Assembly (NCBI GenBank): GCA_951406725.2
Contig: OX597839.1
Span: 18,538,001-18,602,000, forward strand
DNA: 64,000 nt
Direction: 5' to 3'
Source of the DNA: Octopus vulgaris
Taxonomy: Eukaryota
Part shown: piece by piece, positions 36,850 to 51,381 of the stretch
How the letters are laid out: the number at the start of each line of letters is the position of its first letter
How positions within the stretch are numbered: position 1 is the stretch's first letter
The notes under the pieces: generated by a model
Database searches by the model: none
What the model was told of the DNA's origin: nothing
Seen by the model: only the letters and a program-made list of their open reading frames with translations
Made by a program: the position numbers and the translations under genes

Positions 36850-37410
36850 GAATTTGCTGTGATGCAGTACCAGGCTGTGGCTCTCATGGCTTCTGATCTT
36901 AACTGATTGGAAGTGTTATCATGTACATTGTCTTGTTTTGATATAAACGAGAGACTACAGCCAATATTCTGCTCAATATCACAGATTTTGCTTGTCAGTT
37001 GTTAGACCGTAACCAGTTGAGCATCTCCTTTGGTGGCTGATGATATGTGCATCTCTGATCACGAGTAGAAGTAGTGGGGGATCATCATAGCCATGTGTTG
37101 AGAGGGATTCTTTGGGGTTCGGATAATTCACCTCTGGAAACATGGGTGTTTCGTTCAACATCCTTAAACAACCCTTATTCAGGGACCTTTTGAGTGGGAT
37201 GGGTTACTCGATCTGAAGAAAATTCTAACTGGGTTCCACCTTCAAGATCATGTGCTGTTTATCTTGATACGAGATCACCATGTCGCACACATATGGTTGT
37301 AATGCATGTGCCTGGTGTACCCTTATCAGACGGGTAGTCATGATGGGTATACTGGGCTTCGTATATTTTATTCCAGTGTCACTTTGATGTCATGTACTGC
37401 TCTCTCACTC
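36850..37410. mobile_element. Unclassified interspersed repeat flanked by (AAT)n
   Basis: Internal segment recurs diverged at ~35130-35245. Confidence 0.5.
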
Positions 37411-37873
37411 AATAATAATAATAATAATAATAATAATCCTTTCTGCTGAAGGCACAAGACCTGAAATCTCAGGGAAGCGGGTAAATCAATTACATTGACC
37501 CCAGTACACAACTGGTACTTATGTTTTTGACCCCGAAAGTATGAAAGGTAAAGTCGACCTTGGTAGAATTTAAACTCAAAACATGCAGACAGACGAAGTG
37601 CTGCGAAGCATTTCATCCGGCGTGCCAATAATTCTGCCAGCTTGCTACCTTAATAATAATAATAATAATATAATAATAATTCTTTCTACTATAGGCAAAA
37701 GGCCTGAAATTTTGAGAGAGGGAGTAAGTCGATCACATTGACCCCAGTACTCAACTGGTACTCATTTTATAATCCCACAGCAACAACTCTTTCATTCCAG
37801 TTTTTTTCTTTGTTTTTATTCTTATTTCAAAAAATTTTTTTTTCCCCATATTTTTCGCAATGTGATTGTTTAG

Positions 37874-38045
37874 GGAGAAGCTTCTATTGGAGAAAGAGAA
37901 GTCACAACGAGATGCTGACATCAAGATCAAGAATGGAGAAGTGCAAGCTTTACAGAAGGACCTTGATGCCATCACGGCTACTCTGCATCAGTTGGAAAAC
38001 CAGAAGAGAGAAGCACAGAAGCGCTTAGATGAGCTTGATGATAAG
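37874..38045 (+). CDS. Eps15: Eps15 coiled-coil exon (EKLLLEKEKSQRDADIKIKNGEVQALQKDLD...QKRLDELDDK)
   Basis: gtttag acceptor, GTGGGA donor; 172 nt; completes AA|G Lys; heptad pattern. Confidence 0.93.
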
Positions 38046-39389
38046 GTGGGAACATCGTCACACCGATGGACTTCTCCTTTCTTTCTTCCTTTCTCTGCAT
38101 CTTTAGTCTTGCTTTTCGGTTTTTTTCTTTGTTTTTTGTTATTATTCAATTTGTTTCTTCTTTGGTGTTGTTACTGTCTTTCTCTTTTTCTGTTTTTTCT
38201 GTTTTCTTCTATTCTTCTACCTTTCCTTCCTTGTTTCCTTTTTTTCTCTTCCCTTCCTCCTCTTCCATACTGTCCTCCATTCCTCCCACTCTTGCCTCGC
38301 CCTACCTCTCTCTCTCTCTATCCTCTCTCTCTCTCCCTTTTCTCTTTCTCGTCCCTCACCCATACCCTTTCTTTCCTTCCCTCCATCACACGCTTTCCTT
38401 CCTTACCACCCTCCCACCCTTTCTTTCCTTCAGTCACTCCCACCCTTTCCTTCCTTCCCTCTCCTCCTACCTTTTCCTTCTCCCCTCACTCTCACTTTTC
38501 CCTTTGTTCGTTCATTCGTTCCTTCTTCCTTTTTTTCCCCTCTTTCAACAAGCTTCTCTACAGTTTCCATATATCAGTTTTCACACACTTGTATTTGGCT
38601 GACACAAAGCCTTCCTTGCAGTAACAACTGAAGACCCACATTGTGGTGAAGTGGTTTTCAAATTTTGCCACAAGGTCAACAAGTTCGGGGGGGAGGGGTA
38701 TGTTGATGCGACCTGAGAGCTCAAATGGTACTTATTTTATTGACCCCGAAAGGATGAGAAGCAAAGTTGATCATGGCAGTATTTGAACTCAGAACATAAA
38801 ACGGTAAAGATGCCCTTCGATCATGAAGGACCATGGAATTGCACCTACAAAGCTCCCCTCCGAGGCACAAGGCCAGGCAAGAGTGGGAGGAATGGAGGAC
38901 AAGCTTCCTAACCACACAGCTATGCCTGCACCTCGTCAAGCCAAGTGAAACCATAGTTGTGGTCAGTGCCAGTGGCACATAACTGGCACCTGTGTCGGTG
39001 GTACATAAAAAGCACCCATTACTTTTTTGGAGTGGTTGGTTTTAGGAAGGGCATCCAGCCGTAGAAACCATGCCAAACCAGACTGGAACCTAGTGCAGCT
39101 CTCCAGCTGACCAGTTTTCAGTCAAGCTGTCCAACTAATGCCAGCATGGAAAGCGAACATTAAATGATGATAACGATGATGATGGTGTTGAAGCTTTGAG
39201 ATTTCAGCGGTGTTTTTGTATATTTTTAGAATGGCATTGTAGGGTAGGTGTGAGAGGCCAGTTTCAACATAATTTCAAAATACAACAGATGGAATATTTG
39301 GGCTCTGGTATGGCTGGATTAAACGTTAAAGGGTTAAATATTCTTTCTTAGTGTAACACCTGTATATTTTTCTCCTTTTCCATTTCCAG

Positions 39390-39452
39390 CGGTCCAATTT
39401 AGAAAGCAGCGTGAAGGAGATGAAAGATAAATGTGATGATGAACAGAGACAA
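39390..39452 (+). CDS. Eps15: Eps15 coiled-coil exon (RSNLESSVKEMKDKCDDEQRQ)
   Basis: Long pyrimidine tract ending catttccag, donor GTAAGT; 63 nt, phase 0/0. Confidence 0.88.
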
Positions 39453-39719
39453 GTAAGTGGTTGGTTTTTTGTTTTCTTATTCTTCTTCTTTCTTTCTTTC
39501 TTTCTTTCTTTTCTTTTTTTTTTTACAAATTTCTGTTTTTTAATGTGCTGAAATAGATGCAGGCAAGGCTAGGTGGTTAAGAAGTCTGCTTTGCAACCAT
39601 ATGGTTTTGGGTTCACTCCCTCTGCATGGCACCTTGGGCATGTTTCTTCTCCTATACCCTTGGGCCGACCAAAGCCTTGTTAGTGGATTTGATCGACAGA
39701 AACTAAAAGAAGCCTGTTT

Positions 39720-39770
<51 letters not shown>

Positions 39771-40201
39771 TATATGTACACACACACATACATAAAGGTG
39801 TAGACGTAGCTGTGTGGTAAAAAGCTTGCTTCTCAGCCACATGCTTCTGGGTTCAGTCCTTCTGCATGGCACCTTGGGTATGTGTCTTCTACTATAGTCT
39901 CTGGTCAACCAAAGCTGTGCGAGTGGATTTTGTAGATGGAAACTGAAAGGCCTGTCATACATACGTATGTACATATATACACACACACACACACACACAT
40001 ACATGCATACACACACACACACACATACATACATACATACATAATTATGTCTGTTGGATGGCTGGTGTCGGAAGGGCGTCTCGCCATAAAAACCCTGCCA
40101 AAATAGACAGAAATCTGGTGGGTGCTCCCGCCTGGCCAGCTCCCATCAAACTGTCTGACTCATGCTACCATGGAAGTTGGATGTTAAATGATGATGATGA
40201 C

Positions 40202-40235
<34 letters not shown>

Positions 40236-40630
40236 TTTATATATATATATGTATTTGTGTGTGTGTCCTTGTACCTGTTCTTGTAACCCCCTCCCGCCAC
40301 TTGACAACCGATGTTGGTATATTTACATCCGCACAATGTAGTAGTTTAACAAAAGAGACTGACAGAATAAGCACCAGGCTTAAAAAGTACTGGGGTTGAC
40401 AGGCAGTGCCCCAGCATGACCAGAGTCTAATGGCTGAAATAAGTAAAAGATAAAGATATAGGCGTAGGAGTGGCTGTGTGGTTAGTAGATTGCTTACGAA
40501 CCACATGGTTCCGGGTTCAGTCCCACTGTGTGGCACCTTGGGCAAGTGTCTTCTACTATAGCCTTGGGCTGACCAAAGCCTTGTGAATGGATTTGGTGGA
40601 CGGAATCTGAGAGAAGCCCGTTGTATATAC

Positions 40631-40673
<43 letters not shown>

Positions 40674-40970
40674 TGTGTGTGTATGTTTGTGTGTCTGTGT
40701 TTGTCCCACCAACATCGCTTGACAACCGATGCTGGTGTGCTTACGTCACCGTAACTTAGCGGTTCCGCAAAAGAGACCGGTAGAATAAGTACTAGGCTTA
40801 CAAAGAATAAGTCCTGGAGGCGATTTGCTCGACTAAATGCGGTGTTCCAGCATGGCTGCAGTCAAATGACTGAAACAAGTAAAAGAGTAAAGAGAGAGAG
40901 AATATAAAATTAAAGATATTTTTTATTTTTGACTGCAGAATGTTTTTTAAACTCGTTTGTGTAATTTCAG

Positions 40971-41018
40971 ATTGATGAATACAAACTGAAGATATCAAAT
41001 CAAGAAAAATCTGTTCAA
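40971..41018 (+). CDS. Eps15: Eps15 coiled-coil exon (IDEYKLKISNQEKSVQ)
   Basis: aatttcag acceptor, GTAAGC donor; 48 nt, phase 0/0; continues the coiled coil. Confidence 0.82.
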
Positions 41019-41080
41019 GTAAGCAACTTAATGTAATTTGTATACATTTATGAGTATAAAACATGCCATTTTTACATATA

Positions 41081-41312
41081 CAGGGTGGTTGCTAGAATAT
41101 TTGAAAAATTTGTGAAAAGCCGTTTTATATTTTCGCAAGATCTATTTGAGGTAAACAATAAGCATCACAAAGCATAATATAAATATCAACACTCACAAAT
41201 GTTGAAAATGTTCAATAACAGAAACAATAAATCAGAAACCACCGATCACAAAGTTTATTGATGAGCCAATTAATGTTCGTGTTAATTTTCCACTTTTCTA
41301 GCGAGCACCCTG
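41081..41312. mobile_element. Tc1/mariner-type MITE
   Basis: TA|CAGGGTGGTTGCTAGAA ... TTCTAGCGAGCACCCTG|TA imperfect TIRs with TA TSD. Confidence 0.75.
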
Positions 41313-41336
41313 TATATATATATATATATATATAAA

Positions 41337-41388
<52 letters not shown>

Positions 41389-41570
41389 TATATAAAAATG
41401 GTAAAAGAACTACAGAAGGCTTGTGTTATATGGTTAAAGAATTTATTTAAATCGTTATGTTAATGATTTTAATATATTCTTTAACCATATAACACAAGCC
41501 TTCTGTAGTTTTTTCACTCTTTTTTTGTCTTTTATACATCCAACCACATGCTTTCACATACCAACTCTCA

Positions 41571-41612
<42 letters not shown>

Positions 41613-41829
41613 TATATGATAATGAGAATGAAGAAGTTGAACATTCAAACTTTATGTTTCTTTCCATTTAGCTTATTGATAATAATTGTCTGATGCATGT
41701 TTCTTGCACCCTAAGTTGCACTGTAAGTGGCCAAGAAAAGAAATAAACTGTAAATGTTGGATGGGAGTTTAAGGAAGTTTACTTAAAAAATTGCACCATC
41801 TGAAGGAACCAGCCTTGGCATTTTACTTG

Positions 41830-42049
41830 TATATATATATATGTATGTATGTTTATATATACATATATCTATATATACATATATATATAGATATATGTAT
41901 ATACATATTTGTATATATATATGTATGTTTGTGTATATATATGTATGTATGTATATAAATATATATATATGTATATATGTGTGTATATATGTGTATATAT
42001 ATATATGTATGTATATATGTGTATATATATATAAATATATATATATAAA

Positions 42050-42084
<35 letters not shown>

Positions 42085-42340
42085 TATATGTATGTGTATA
42101 TATACCATATATATATACATATATATATATATATACAAATATATATATATACATATATATGTCTACATACATGTATATATATATGTATATTTTTTATATA
42201 TATATATATATATGTATACATGTGTATATATATATATGTGTGTGTGTGTGTATATATATTTATGTATTTATATATGTATATATATATGTATGTATATATA
42301 TATTTAGATATGTATATATATATATTTATATATGTATGTT

Positions 42341-42410
<70 letters not shown>
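41830..42410. repeat. Degenerate (TA)n/(TATG)n microsatellite
   Basis: Visible directly; source of YI/IY-rich spurious ORFs. Confidence 0.9.
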
Positions 42411-42412
<2 letters not shown>

Positions 42413-43577
42413 GATACGTTTGTGTGTGTGTATTGTTGTTGCTTAATACTAGGTCCTCCCTAATCAAGCTGACCTCTAACTAAAGCCATCCCAGCCATGA
42501 CCATCTTATTTACCCAGGAGCACATAGGTTTCATTGTGATGCAGTCACCGGAATTTATGTTTGCTTCCATTTGCTTGCATGCTGAGTGACGGATGGACAT
42601 TGTAAATGTGACAGTTGCTAACGTATGTAGTGTTGTTGCTATGGCGGTGAGCTGCCAGAGTCGTTGGCACGTCGGGGTAAATGCTTAGCGGCATTTCGCC
42701 CGTCAGTATGTTCTGAGTTCAAATTCCGCTGAGGTCGACTTTGCCTCTCATCCTTCTGAGGTTGATAAAATAAGTACCAGTGGTGTGCTGGGGGTCGATG
42801 CAATTGACTTAACCCCTTCCCTGAAATTGCTAGCCTGGGGCCAAATTTGAAAATCAATATTTTATGCATGCTTTTTCTGCTTATTTATTTTTTTTTTTAT
42901 ATTTTGTATTATGAATGAAGGATAGTTTCTGTTGGTGTTGTTTGTTTAAGCTCTAAATTACTTTCTTGTTTGGTAGACCTATGATCAAAAGCACTCCATC
43001 CACAACCATCCTGCATGTTTAAAATTTTTATATAAGAGACTACATTGATCAATGTCACTTGTTTTTTATTTTTTATACAGTGGAAGGGAAATTGAGGGAG
43101 ATGTGACTGCTATTTCTAGTATATTGAGCCATTGCTTAGGATCTTTATAATAGGTCATAGCCAATTGGTTAAGCAATTTGCTTTGCAATTATATGGTCTT
43201 TAGTTTAATTTAGTGCACAGTACCTTGGGCAAGTGTACTGTCCAGTTGCTCTGGCCTTACTTAACCCTATGGCCTTCAGATTACTCGGTCAAATATCATG
43301 TTTTTTTTCTCCACATCATTTTGAATATATTATGTGTTATCTAATAGCTTTGAGATTCTGTTGATGTAGTTGTGTATTTTTAGGATGATATTCTTGGGTA
43401 GGTGTGAGAGGTCAGATCTGGCTAGTTTGAACATAAAACAGGAAACAGGTAGAATTAGAATGTTTGGGTAGGTGTGAGAAGTGAGATCTGGCTAGTTTGG
43501 TTGTTGCAGCCTCCATTTTCTTTCTTGCCGTTTCTCTTCTTTCCTCTGTTGTTCAGCTTCAAAATCATCTGTCACAT

Positions 43578-44010
43578 CACCATCATTGTTCGACCGTGGT
43601 CGAGACAATGGAATTTACTATGCTACGCCAGACTTCACGGTCCATCATAGCATTACGGAGGTCCTGTTGCTGGATGCCTGTATCCCTGGAGATTACATCA
43701 GGGTAGGAGAGTGTGTGCCCTCTGGTATCGCGAGCAGATGGCTTCCAGAGGAGAAGAGTAGAAATTACCTCATTTTCAGCTCTACAACAATGTCCAGCAA
43801 ACTGGACTCTTCTACCTTTCACAAGAGATGATACAGGTGGTAGCTTCCCATATATTTGTACTTTGGTTGGATGACGCTTCCACGAGAGATTTTGAGCTCT
43901 CATAAGGAGGCAAGTTTAAGTTCCATCCAACCGCCTCTCAAGCTTCTTGGATAACGTCCAGGTTTCTGAGCCATTTAGTAGAATTGGTTTGACTGTGGCT
44001 TTGAAGATTT
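43578..44010 (-). mobile_element. 3' end of an RTE-like LINE (second family)
   Basis: PILLNGSETWTL...RRVQFAGHCCR...MMDREVWRSIV...* C-terminal RTE motifs with a (TGA) tail. Confidence 0.8.
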
Positions 44011-44215
44011 TAAGTGGAGATAGAATGATGCCAGTCAGGCCTGTCCTGAGCTTCAATGCCCCAGGCTGTGGGATCAATTTCAGGCAGTTCCAGGTTTTGC
44101 CTCAGCTGGTCCTTGTATTGATGGAGGGTACAGCCACGGAGCCTTCTTCCAGTGGAAAGTTCACCATATAAAATTTGACAAGGCAGCCTGATCTCTTTCA
44201 TTCTTGCTACATGCT
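44011..44215 (-). mobile_element. RTE/BovB-like LINE fragment
   Basis: HVARM...RLPCQILYGEL..G.R..G....YKD.L...AQDRPDW. Confidence 0.7.
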
Positions 44216-45138
44216 TGTCAAGCGATGTTGGGGGGACAAACACAGACACACAAACATATACACACATATATATCTATATACATATATATGACGGCTTCTT
44301 TCAGTTTCTGTCTACCAAATTCACTCACAAGGCTTTGGTTGATCCGAGGCTATAGTAGAAGACACTTGCCCAAGGTGCCACGCAGTGGGACTGAACCCGG
44401 AACCATGTGGTTTGTAAACAAGCTACTTACCACACAGCCACTCCTACGCCTTTTTTTTTTTCTTTTAAAGAAATTTAAAGGAAAATACTCTGATTGATGA
44501 GAAAATGAATCCCAACTACCTTTCTGTGTGCCCAATTTGTGACAGACCATGCATTTCTCTTGCTGGGTTCAAATCTCATTTGTGGACCCAAGGAAAACAA
44601 ATCTCCACCAACTACTTGGCCTATCTATCTGTGCACACTTGAGAATGCCATGTATGCCATAAAATCTGCAAATCTAAGGGAGGCGCCCAAAAAGACATTT
44701 TAAGATCTAAAAAGATCTGAACTTAACTGTGGCTCTTGGTGATTCAAAACAGATATGCAGTTTATGTGAGTGTCTTTTTCAAACATTGATTTAAAAAAGT
44801 CACATTGGACAGCATGACATATCTAAGGTGTAAGTACAAGAGGCGGTCACACTCTGCATTAAGGAGTACACAATAACCATATATATATATATAATCATCA
44901 TCATCATTTAACGTCCGCTTTCCATGCTAGCATGGGTTGGACGATTTGACTGGGGTCTGGCGAACCAGACTCCAATCTGATCTGGCAGAGTTTCTACAGC
45001 TGGATGCCCTTCCTAACGCCAACCACTCCGAGAGTGTAGTGGGTGCTTTTTACGTGCCACCTGCACAGGAGCCAGTCCAGTGGTACTGGCGACGACCTCG
45101 CTCGAATATTTCACATCCCACCAGCACAAGTGCTAGTA

Positions 45139-45192
<54 letters not shown>

Positions 45193-46372
45193 ATATATAT
45201 TGATCTAGAGAAATGCTAAAGAATGCATGCAGCCCCTGTTAGGTTCCTATAATGTATTTTCAGTGATGCCACCTTCCCTCACCTTGTTGCAAACCAGTAA
45301 GGAACCACCACTCTCTCTCCAGTGTTAGAAAACAACCAGTAGGCTTCTATAAGCTTTTGTTAGAAAGCCGATTCATAAATAATTTAGCAAACAATTGATT
45401 CGTTGGTTATTAATAATACCATTTCTCCCTCTCTCTATGTCTGTCTGTCTGTCTCTCTCTCTCACCAATGTATTCTTCCATGCCAATACTGTATCCTTTC
45501 CTAGATATTTCTATTCTTAATTTAATAGTATTATTATTATTATTATTATTATTATTGTTTTTGTTGTAGGTGGTCGATGTGGTGATGGTTGTTTTCTTAG
45601 CTCTTGTTGTTTTAGTTTCTGTTGCTGTTGTTGTTGTTGTTGTTCTGGTTCTGTTTCTGGTTTTGCTATTGTTACTGCTAACAATGGTTTCTACTTAGAG
45701 AAGGAGCTGCTATAACTCGCCACCCCCACCCCCTCCACACACCTCCCCCCAAACACATATAGATTTTTTTTTTATCCTTCATTTCTTTTTTGTATAATAA
45801 TTTTTTTGCATATTTTTTGTTTATACATTCCCCCTCCTTTCATATCACTTCTATATGTAATTGTGTGTGTGTGTGTGTGTAGTGTGTGTATTATATTTAT
45901 ATATATATATATATATATTTATATAAATATAGAAGTAAGTTTATATATATTATATATTTATAGATGTATTATATACATATATATATATATATTTATTTGT
46001 ATGTGTATTAAATAAATATGTCGTGTATGTGTGTGAGAGTACACACAGATATGCACTCATAATTTGTGTGTGTATATTATTTACATATATTATTTACATA
46101 TATAATATTTACATATATATATATATATATATGTCGTATGTGTGTATTCATATACATATGTACATACACACACACACACAAGTCCATCCATTCCATGCAT
46201 GCATACATACATACACACATATGTACATATTCTTATAATTGCTAGATCTTGTGAGCAATAACCTTGTTGGGCATATGCACTGTAGGAGAAATCGAGCAAG
46301 GAGCAATCAATCAATCAATCAATCTAGCAATCAATCACTGCTTCATTACCTCAGAAACACATTATGCCTGCC

Positions 46373-46415
<43 letters not shown>

Positions 46416-46525
46416 TACACTTTAAAATAATGGTTTAAAATTAAATAAATACTTCATTGAATATTTGTCTTCTTGACCATTTGCTGATCATCACATGTGA
46501 ATACACACACACATATACATATATT

Positions 46526-46560
<35 letters not shown>

Positions 46561-46692
46561 GCATTCATACACAAATACTCACTCACATAGTGAGTGAGTG
46601 TTTGTGTATGAATGCATATATATATACATACACACACACACAAATATATGTATGTGTATTGACATGTGATGATCGTCAAATGGTCAAATGGT

Positions 46693-46748
<56 letters not shown>

Positions 46749-47108
46749 ATGTTAGCATGTAATAAGTGTGGAAATGTGTTTATACATGATGATGATGAGT
46801 AACAATAATAATAATAATAGTAATCATAGTAATAATAATAATAATTAAGGTGGTGAACTGGAAAATCGTTCTTGCATTGGACAAAAATGCTTAGCAGCAT
46901 CTCTTCTGACTTTATGTTCTGAGTTCATATCCTACTGGTGTTGACTGCACTTGGGGTTGATGTAATCAACCTACCCCCTCCCGTCCCTGAAATTGCTGGC
47001 CTTGTGCGAAACTTTTAAGCCAATAGTAATAAGTGCTTGACTCAGCTCCACATTACTCAGGGTTTCATATGTGCAAATGAATAACTACACAGAAGAAGGA
47101 GAATATAA

Positions 47109-48407
47109 CCCTTTAGCATTGATATTTTCTGGTCAAATGTATTCCTTATTTATTCACTTTGCTTTGAATTAATCACATTATTTTGTAGCTTCAACATTTC
47201 AATGATGTGTTTGTATGTTTTTAAAATGACATTGTAGAGTAGGTGTGGTCAGAATGACATTGTAGGCATGGTTAAAAGGATATTGTAGGTTGGGTGTGGT
47301 CAGAATGACATTATAAGGAAGGTGTGGTCAGAATGTCATTATAGGGTAGGCATGGGTAGAATGACATTGTAGGGTAGGCATGGTTAGAATGACATTGTAG
47401 AGTAGGCATGGTTAGAATGATATTGTAGGGTGGGTGTGGTCAGAATGACATTGTAAGGAAGGTGTGGTCAGAATGTCATTATAGGGTAGGCATGGTTAGA
47501 ATGACATTGTAGGGTAGGCATGGTTAGAATGACATTGTAGGATAGGTGTGGTTAGAATGACATTATAGATTAGGCATGGTTAAAATGACATTGTAGGGTA
47601 GGTGTGGTCAGAATGACATTGTAGGGTAGGCATGGTTAGAATGATATTATAGAGTAGGCATGGTTAAAATGATATTGTAGGGTGGGTGTGGTCAGAATGA
47701 TATTGTAAGGAAGGTGTGGTCAGAATGACATTGTAGAGTAGGCATGTTTAGAATGACATTGTAGGGTAGGCATGGTTAAAATGACATTGTAGGGTAGGTG
47801 TGGTCAGAATGAAATTGTGGATGTAGTCAGAATGACATTGTAGGGTAGGCATGGTTAAAATGACCTTGTAGGGTGGTTGTGGTCAGAATGACATTGTAGG
47901 GTAGGTGTGGTCAGAATGACATTGTAGGGTAGGTGTGGTCAGAATGACATTGTAGGGTAGGTTTGGTCAGAATGACATTGTAGGGTAGGCGTGGTCAGAA
48001 TGACATTGTAGGGTGGGTGTGGTCAGAATGACATTATAGGGTAGGCATGGTTAGAATGACATTGTAGGGTAGGCATGGTTAAAATGACATTGTAGGATGG
48101 GTGTGGTCAGAATGACATTGTAGAGTAGGCATGTTTAGAATGACATTGTAGGGTAGGCATGGTTAAAATGACATTGTAGTGTGGGTGTGGTCAGAATGAC
48201 ATTGTAGGGAAGGTGTGGTCAGAATGACATTGTAGAGTACGCATGGTTAAAATGATATTGTAGGGTGGGTGTGGTAAGAAGGACATTGTGGGGTAGGTGT
48301 GGTCAGAATGACATTATAGGGTAGGCATGGTTAGAATGACATTGCAGTTTTAACATAAAATAGGTAGAATATTTGGGCCGAGTATGGCTGGATCAAATGC
48401 TAAAGGG
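47109..48407. mobile_element. piggyBac-like MITE inflated by an internal minisatellite
   Basis: ATAA|CCCTTTAGCATT ... AATGCTAAAGGG|TTAA; same family as 27468-28057. Confidence 0.75.
47223..48345. repeat. 28-bp minisatellite (AGAATGACATTGTAGGGTAGGTGTGGTC)n, ~40 copies
   Basis: Visible directly. Confidence 0.95.
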
Positions 48408-48982
48408 TTAAAGACTGTTTGTAAATAAGACTATTTGGTGGGCATCGTTGGCCAGTTCAGGTCACATGAATAGCTTGATAATATAGCAACACCAGAATCT
48501 CATACATGTTTCCATGTGGTGAACTTGACAGTCAAGTGGTGTCAGTTAGACAGTGACGAGTTGAACTTTGGAACCCTACGTTATCAAATAGTGATAGCAA
48601 AAGGAAGAGGCTGTTCCACATGGTGAGGTGACCAGTCTAGTGGTGACATATTGTGTATCAGCTTATGTACTGTGCATAGCTCTGTGGTTAAATGTAGCCG
48701 AGTGCTCATTTGACATGATGATGATATGCAGGAGGGAAGCAATCTTATGGTAAATGAGCAGTAGTTGTTTCTACTATAATTGTTGGCCAGACAAGATTAA
48801 GGTGGTCTTCCCAGGGTAGGGATAGCCCCAGTGGTTTGAAGATCATTTACAGAGCGTATCTTTAACATTGATCTGTTTTCTTATTGATGTATGTATGTAA
48901 AAATGTTTGTGCATGTGTTTGTGTGTGTGTGTGTGTCTATACATGTATGTATGGATATGTGTATATGTATGTTCGTATTTGT

Positions 48983-49037
<55 letters not shown>

Positions 49038-49238
49038 AGTGTATATGTGAGTGTGCACACACACATATATGTGTGTGTGTAAAGTGGTTGATGTTAAAAA
49101 AGGCATCCAACCATAGAAACCATGTCAAAACAGACAGGGAGCCTGAATAGCCCCTCAGCTGGCCAGCTCCTGTCAAACTGTCAAACCCATGCAAGCATGG
49201 AAAACAGACATTAATTGATGATGATGATGATGATTGTG

Positions 49239-49279
<41 letters not shown>

Positions 49280-50719
49280 GTAGAAGGGCAGACATGGCTG
49301 GTATGTGCATGGCTGTATGATTGAGAACCTTGCTTCTCAACCATTTCGTTTTTGGTTTGTGGCCATGCTGTAGCACTACCTTAAAGGGTTTTAGTTGAAG
49401 AAATAGAGCCCAGGACTTACTCTTTGTAGCCCAAATACTTATTCTGTCAGTCTCTTTTGCCGAACTACTAGGTTACAGGGATGTAAACACACCAACATTG
49501 GTTGTGAAGCAATTGCGGGGTGACAAAGACAGACACACACACACACACATATCCTCTTTGCTGGAACACTTTATTTTGTTGCATCTTGGGTGGGTTGTTA
49601 TGCCAATAATAAATACATACACTGGTTCTCTTTCACTTCTTTTATTTATCATTATTAGTCAGTTGGTTAGCCATTTAGCCAATTAAGAATTGATTGATTA
49701 ATCTTTTGGTCAGTTAATCAAGTAGGTTTTCCGAAGTAATTTCGTTACCATTCACCACCTCATCCATGATGCATCCTCTCTATTCTATGTCAAAGCAGAC
49801 TTCCACAAAAATAATTTGTTAATTGATCACCTAATTAATCAAACTGTCAGTTAATCAGTTAAATGGTACTACTAATAAATGCTTCAAATTTTGGCACAGG
49901 ACCAGCAGTTTTGGGGGAGGGGATAAGTCGATTATAGTGATCCTCAGTGTACAGCTGGTATTTATTTTTTTGACCCTGAAAGAATAAAGGGCAAGGTTGG
50001 CCCTGGTGGCATTTGAACTCAGATCGTAACGACAAAGAAAATGCCGTTAAGCATTTTGTCTGGTGTGCTTACACTTCTGCTAGTTTGCTGCTTTGCTGCT
50101 GCTGCTGATGATGATAGCAGTAGTATTAGTAGTAGTAATAATAATAGTAAAAATAATAAAAGAAGTAAAATAGAGCCAGTGCGTGTGTGTGTGTGTTTTG
50201 TTGGCATAATGACCTTCCCAAGATACAAATTGTTTTAGTACACTAGTTCACTGCATGTGTAAATATGCATTCACATGCACACACACACACACATCAACCC
50301 ACACTCCCACACGTGTTTTCAGTATTCTTTTGGTTAATGCATGTTTATTGCATTAACCATGTTGGTGTTTTTTTTTTTAATTCATGTTTGTCTGGCCGTG
50401 TATTAACTGTTAATTAAAATTCTGTTAATTGTTAGTTTTGGCTGTTCATATACATACATCGTTTTGTTGTGAAAATATTATGCTTGTTATCGTTATGGAT
50501 ACATAAGCACACACACACATATATGTGCATATATATATTTATATATACACACACACATATGCGTATGTATAATTTGTATATATCATCATTAGTTAGTGAC
50601 TGTTTTCCATGTTGGCAAATATATATGTGTGCATATATAAAAAAATACAATTTTCAGGAACAATAGGGGTTTATTGACGTATAAGGCTGTAAATTTTTCC
50701 CATATCAAAAATTAACAAA

Positions 50720-51036
50720 CTGAAAAAAAGGTTATTTTATAGTTCACAGTTAGCAACTGGGGTTGCTGTGTATTCGAATAAAAATCCAAATTTAGGGAAT
50801 GGAGCAGGTAAAATCCAGACTGCATATATTTCATGGGTAGCAGAACCTTAGAAGTAGTAATTATGAATACGAGGGGTACTTGGCTAGCTACTCATCAGGC
50901 CGAATATACCTTGGTCAAATGAAGATTACATTGTTATCAAAGGATCCCATATTAACTCACCGGAGATTTGGATTTTTATTCGCATATACAGAAACCCCAG
51001 TTGCTAACCACAAACCATGAAAAAACCTTTTTTCAG
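50720..51036. mobile_element. Diverged MITE-like element with ~75-bp inverted termini
   Basis: gttagcaactggggtt...aataaaaatccaaat versus atttggatttttatt...aaccccagttgctaac. Confidence 0.6.
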
Positions 51037-51105
51037 CTTATTTAACTCTTCAGATATGTGTGCATATCTCTATATGTATGTGTGTGTGTGTCTTTGTATG
51101 CTTCA

Positions 51106-51136
<31 letters not shown>

Positions 51137-51220
51137 ACATATATAAAACATACATATATATGTGCATATCTATAAATATGTATATATATGTGTGTGTGTG
51201 TATATATAAGTGTGTGTGTA

Positions 51221-51272
<52 letters not shown>

Positions 51273-51341
51273 TATATATACATATATATAGATATATATA
51301 CACATATATATATACATACATACACATATATATATATACAT

Positions 51342-51381
<40 letters not shown>

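Noticed and set aside
38046-38624. Hydrophobic extension of ORF 37866-38624
   Set aside because: Read-through into a CT-rich intron after the donor at 38046.
47223-48345. 28-bp repeats resembling a CRISPR array (also the 20- and 67-bp arrays)
   Set aside because: Head-to-tail units with no unique spacers, eukaryotic intron context, no cas genes.
50860-50900. CTGATGAG on the minus strand inside a MITE-like element
   Set aside because: No downstream stem II plus GAAA; not a hammerhead.
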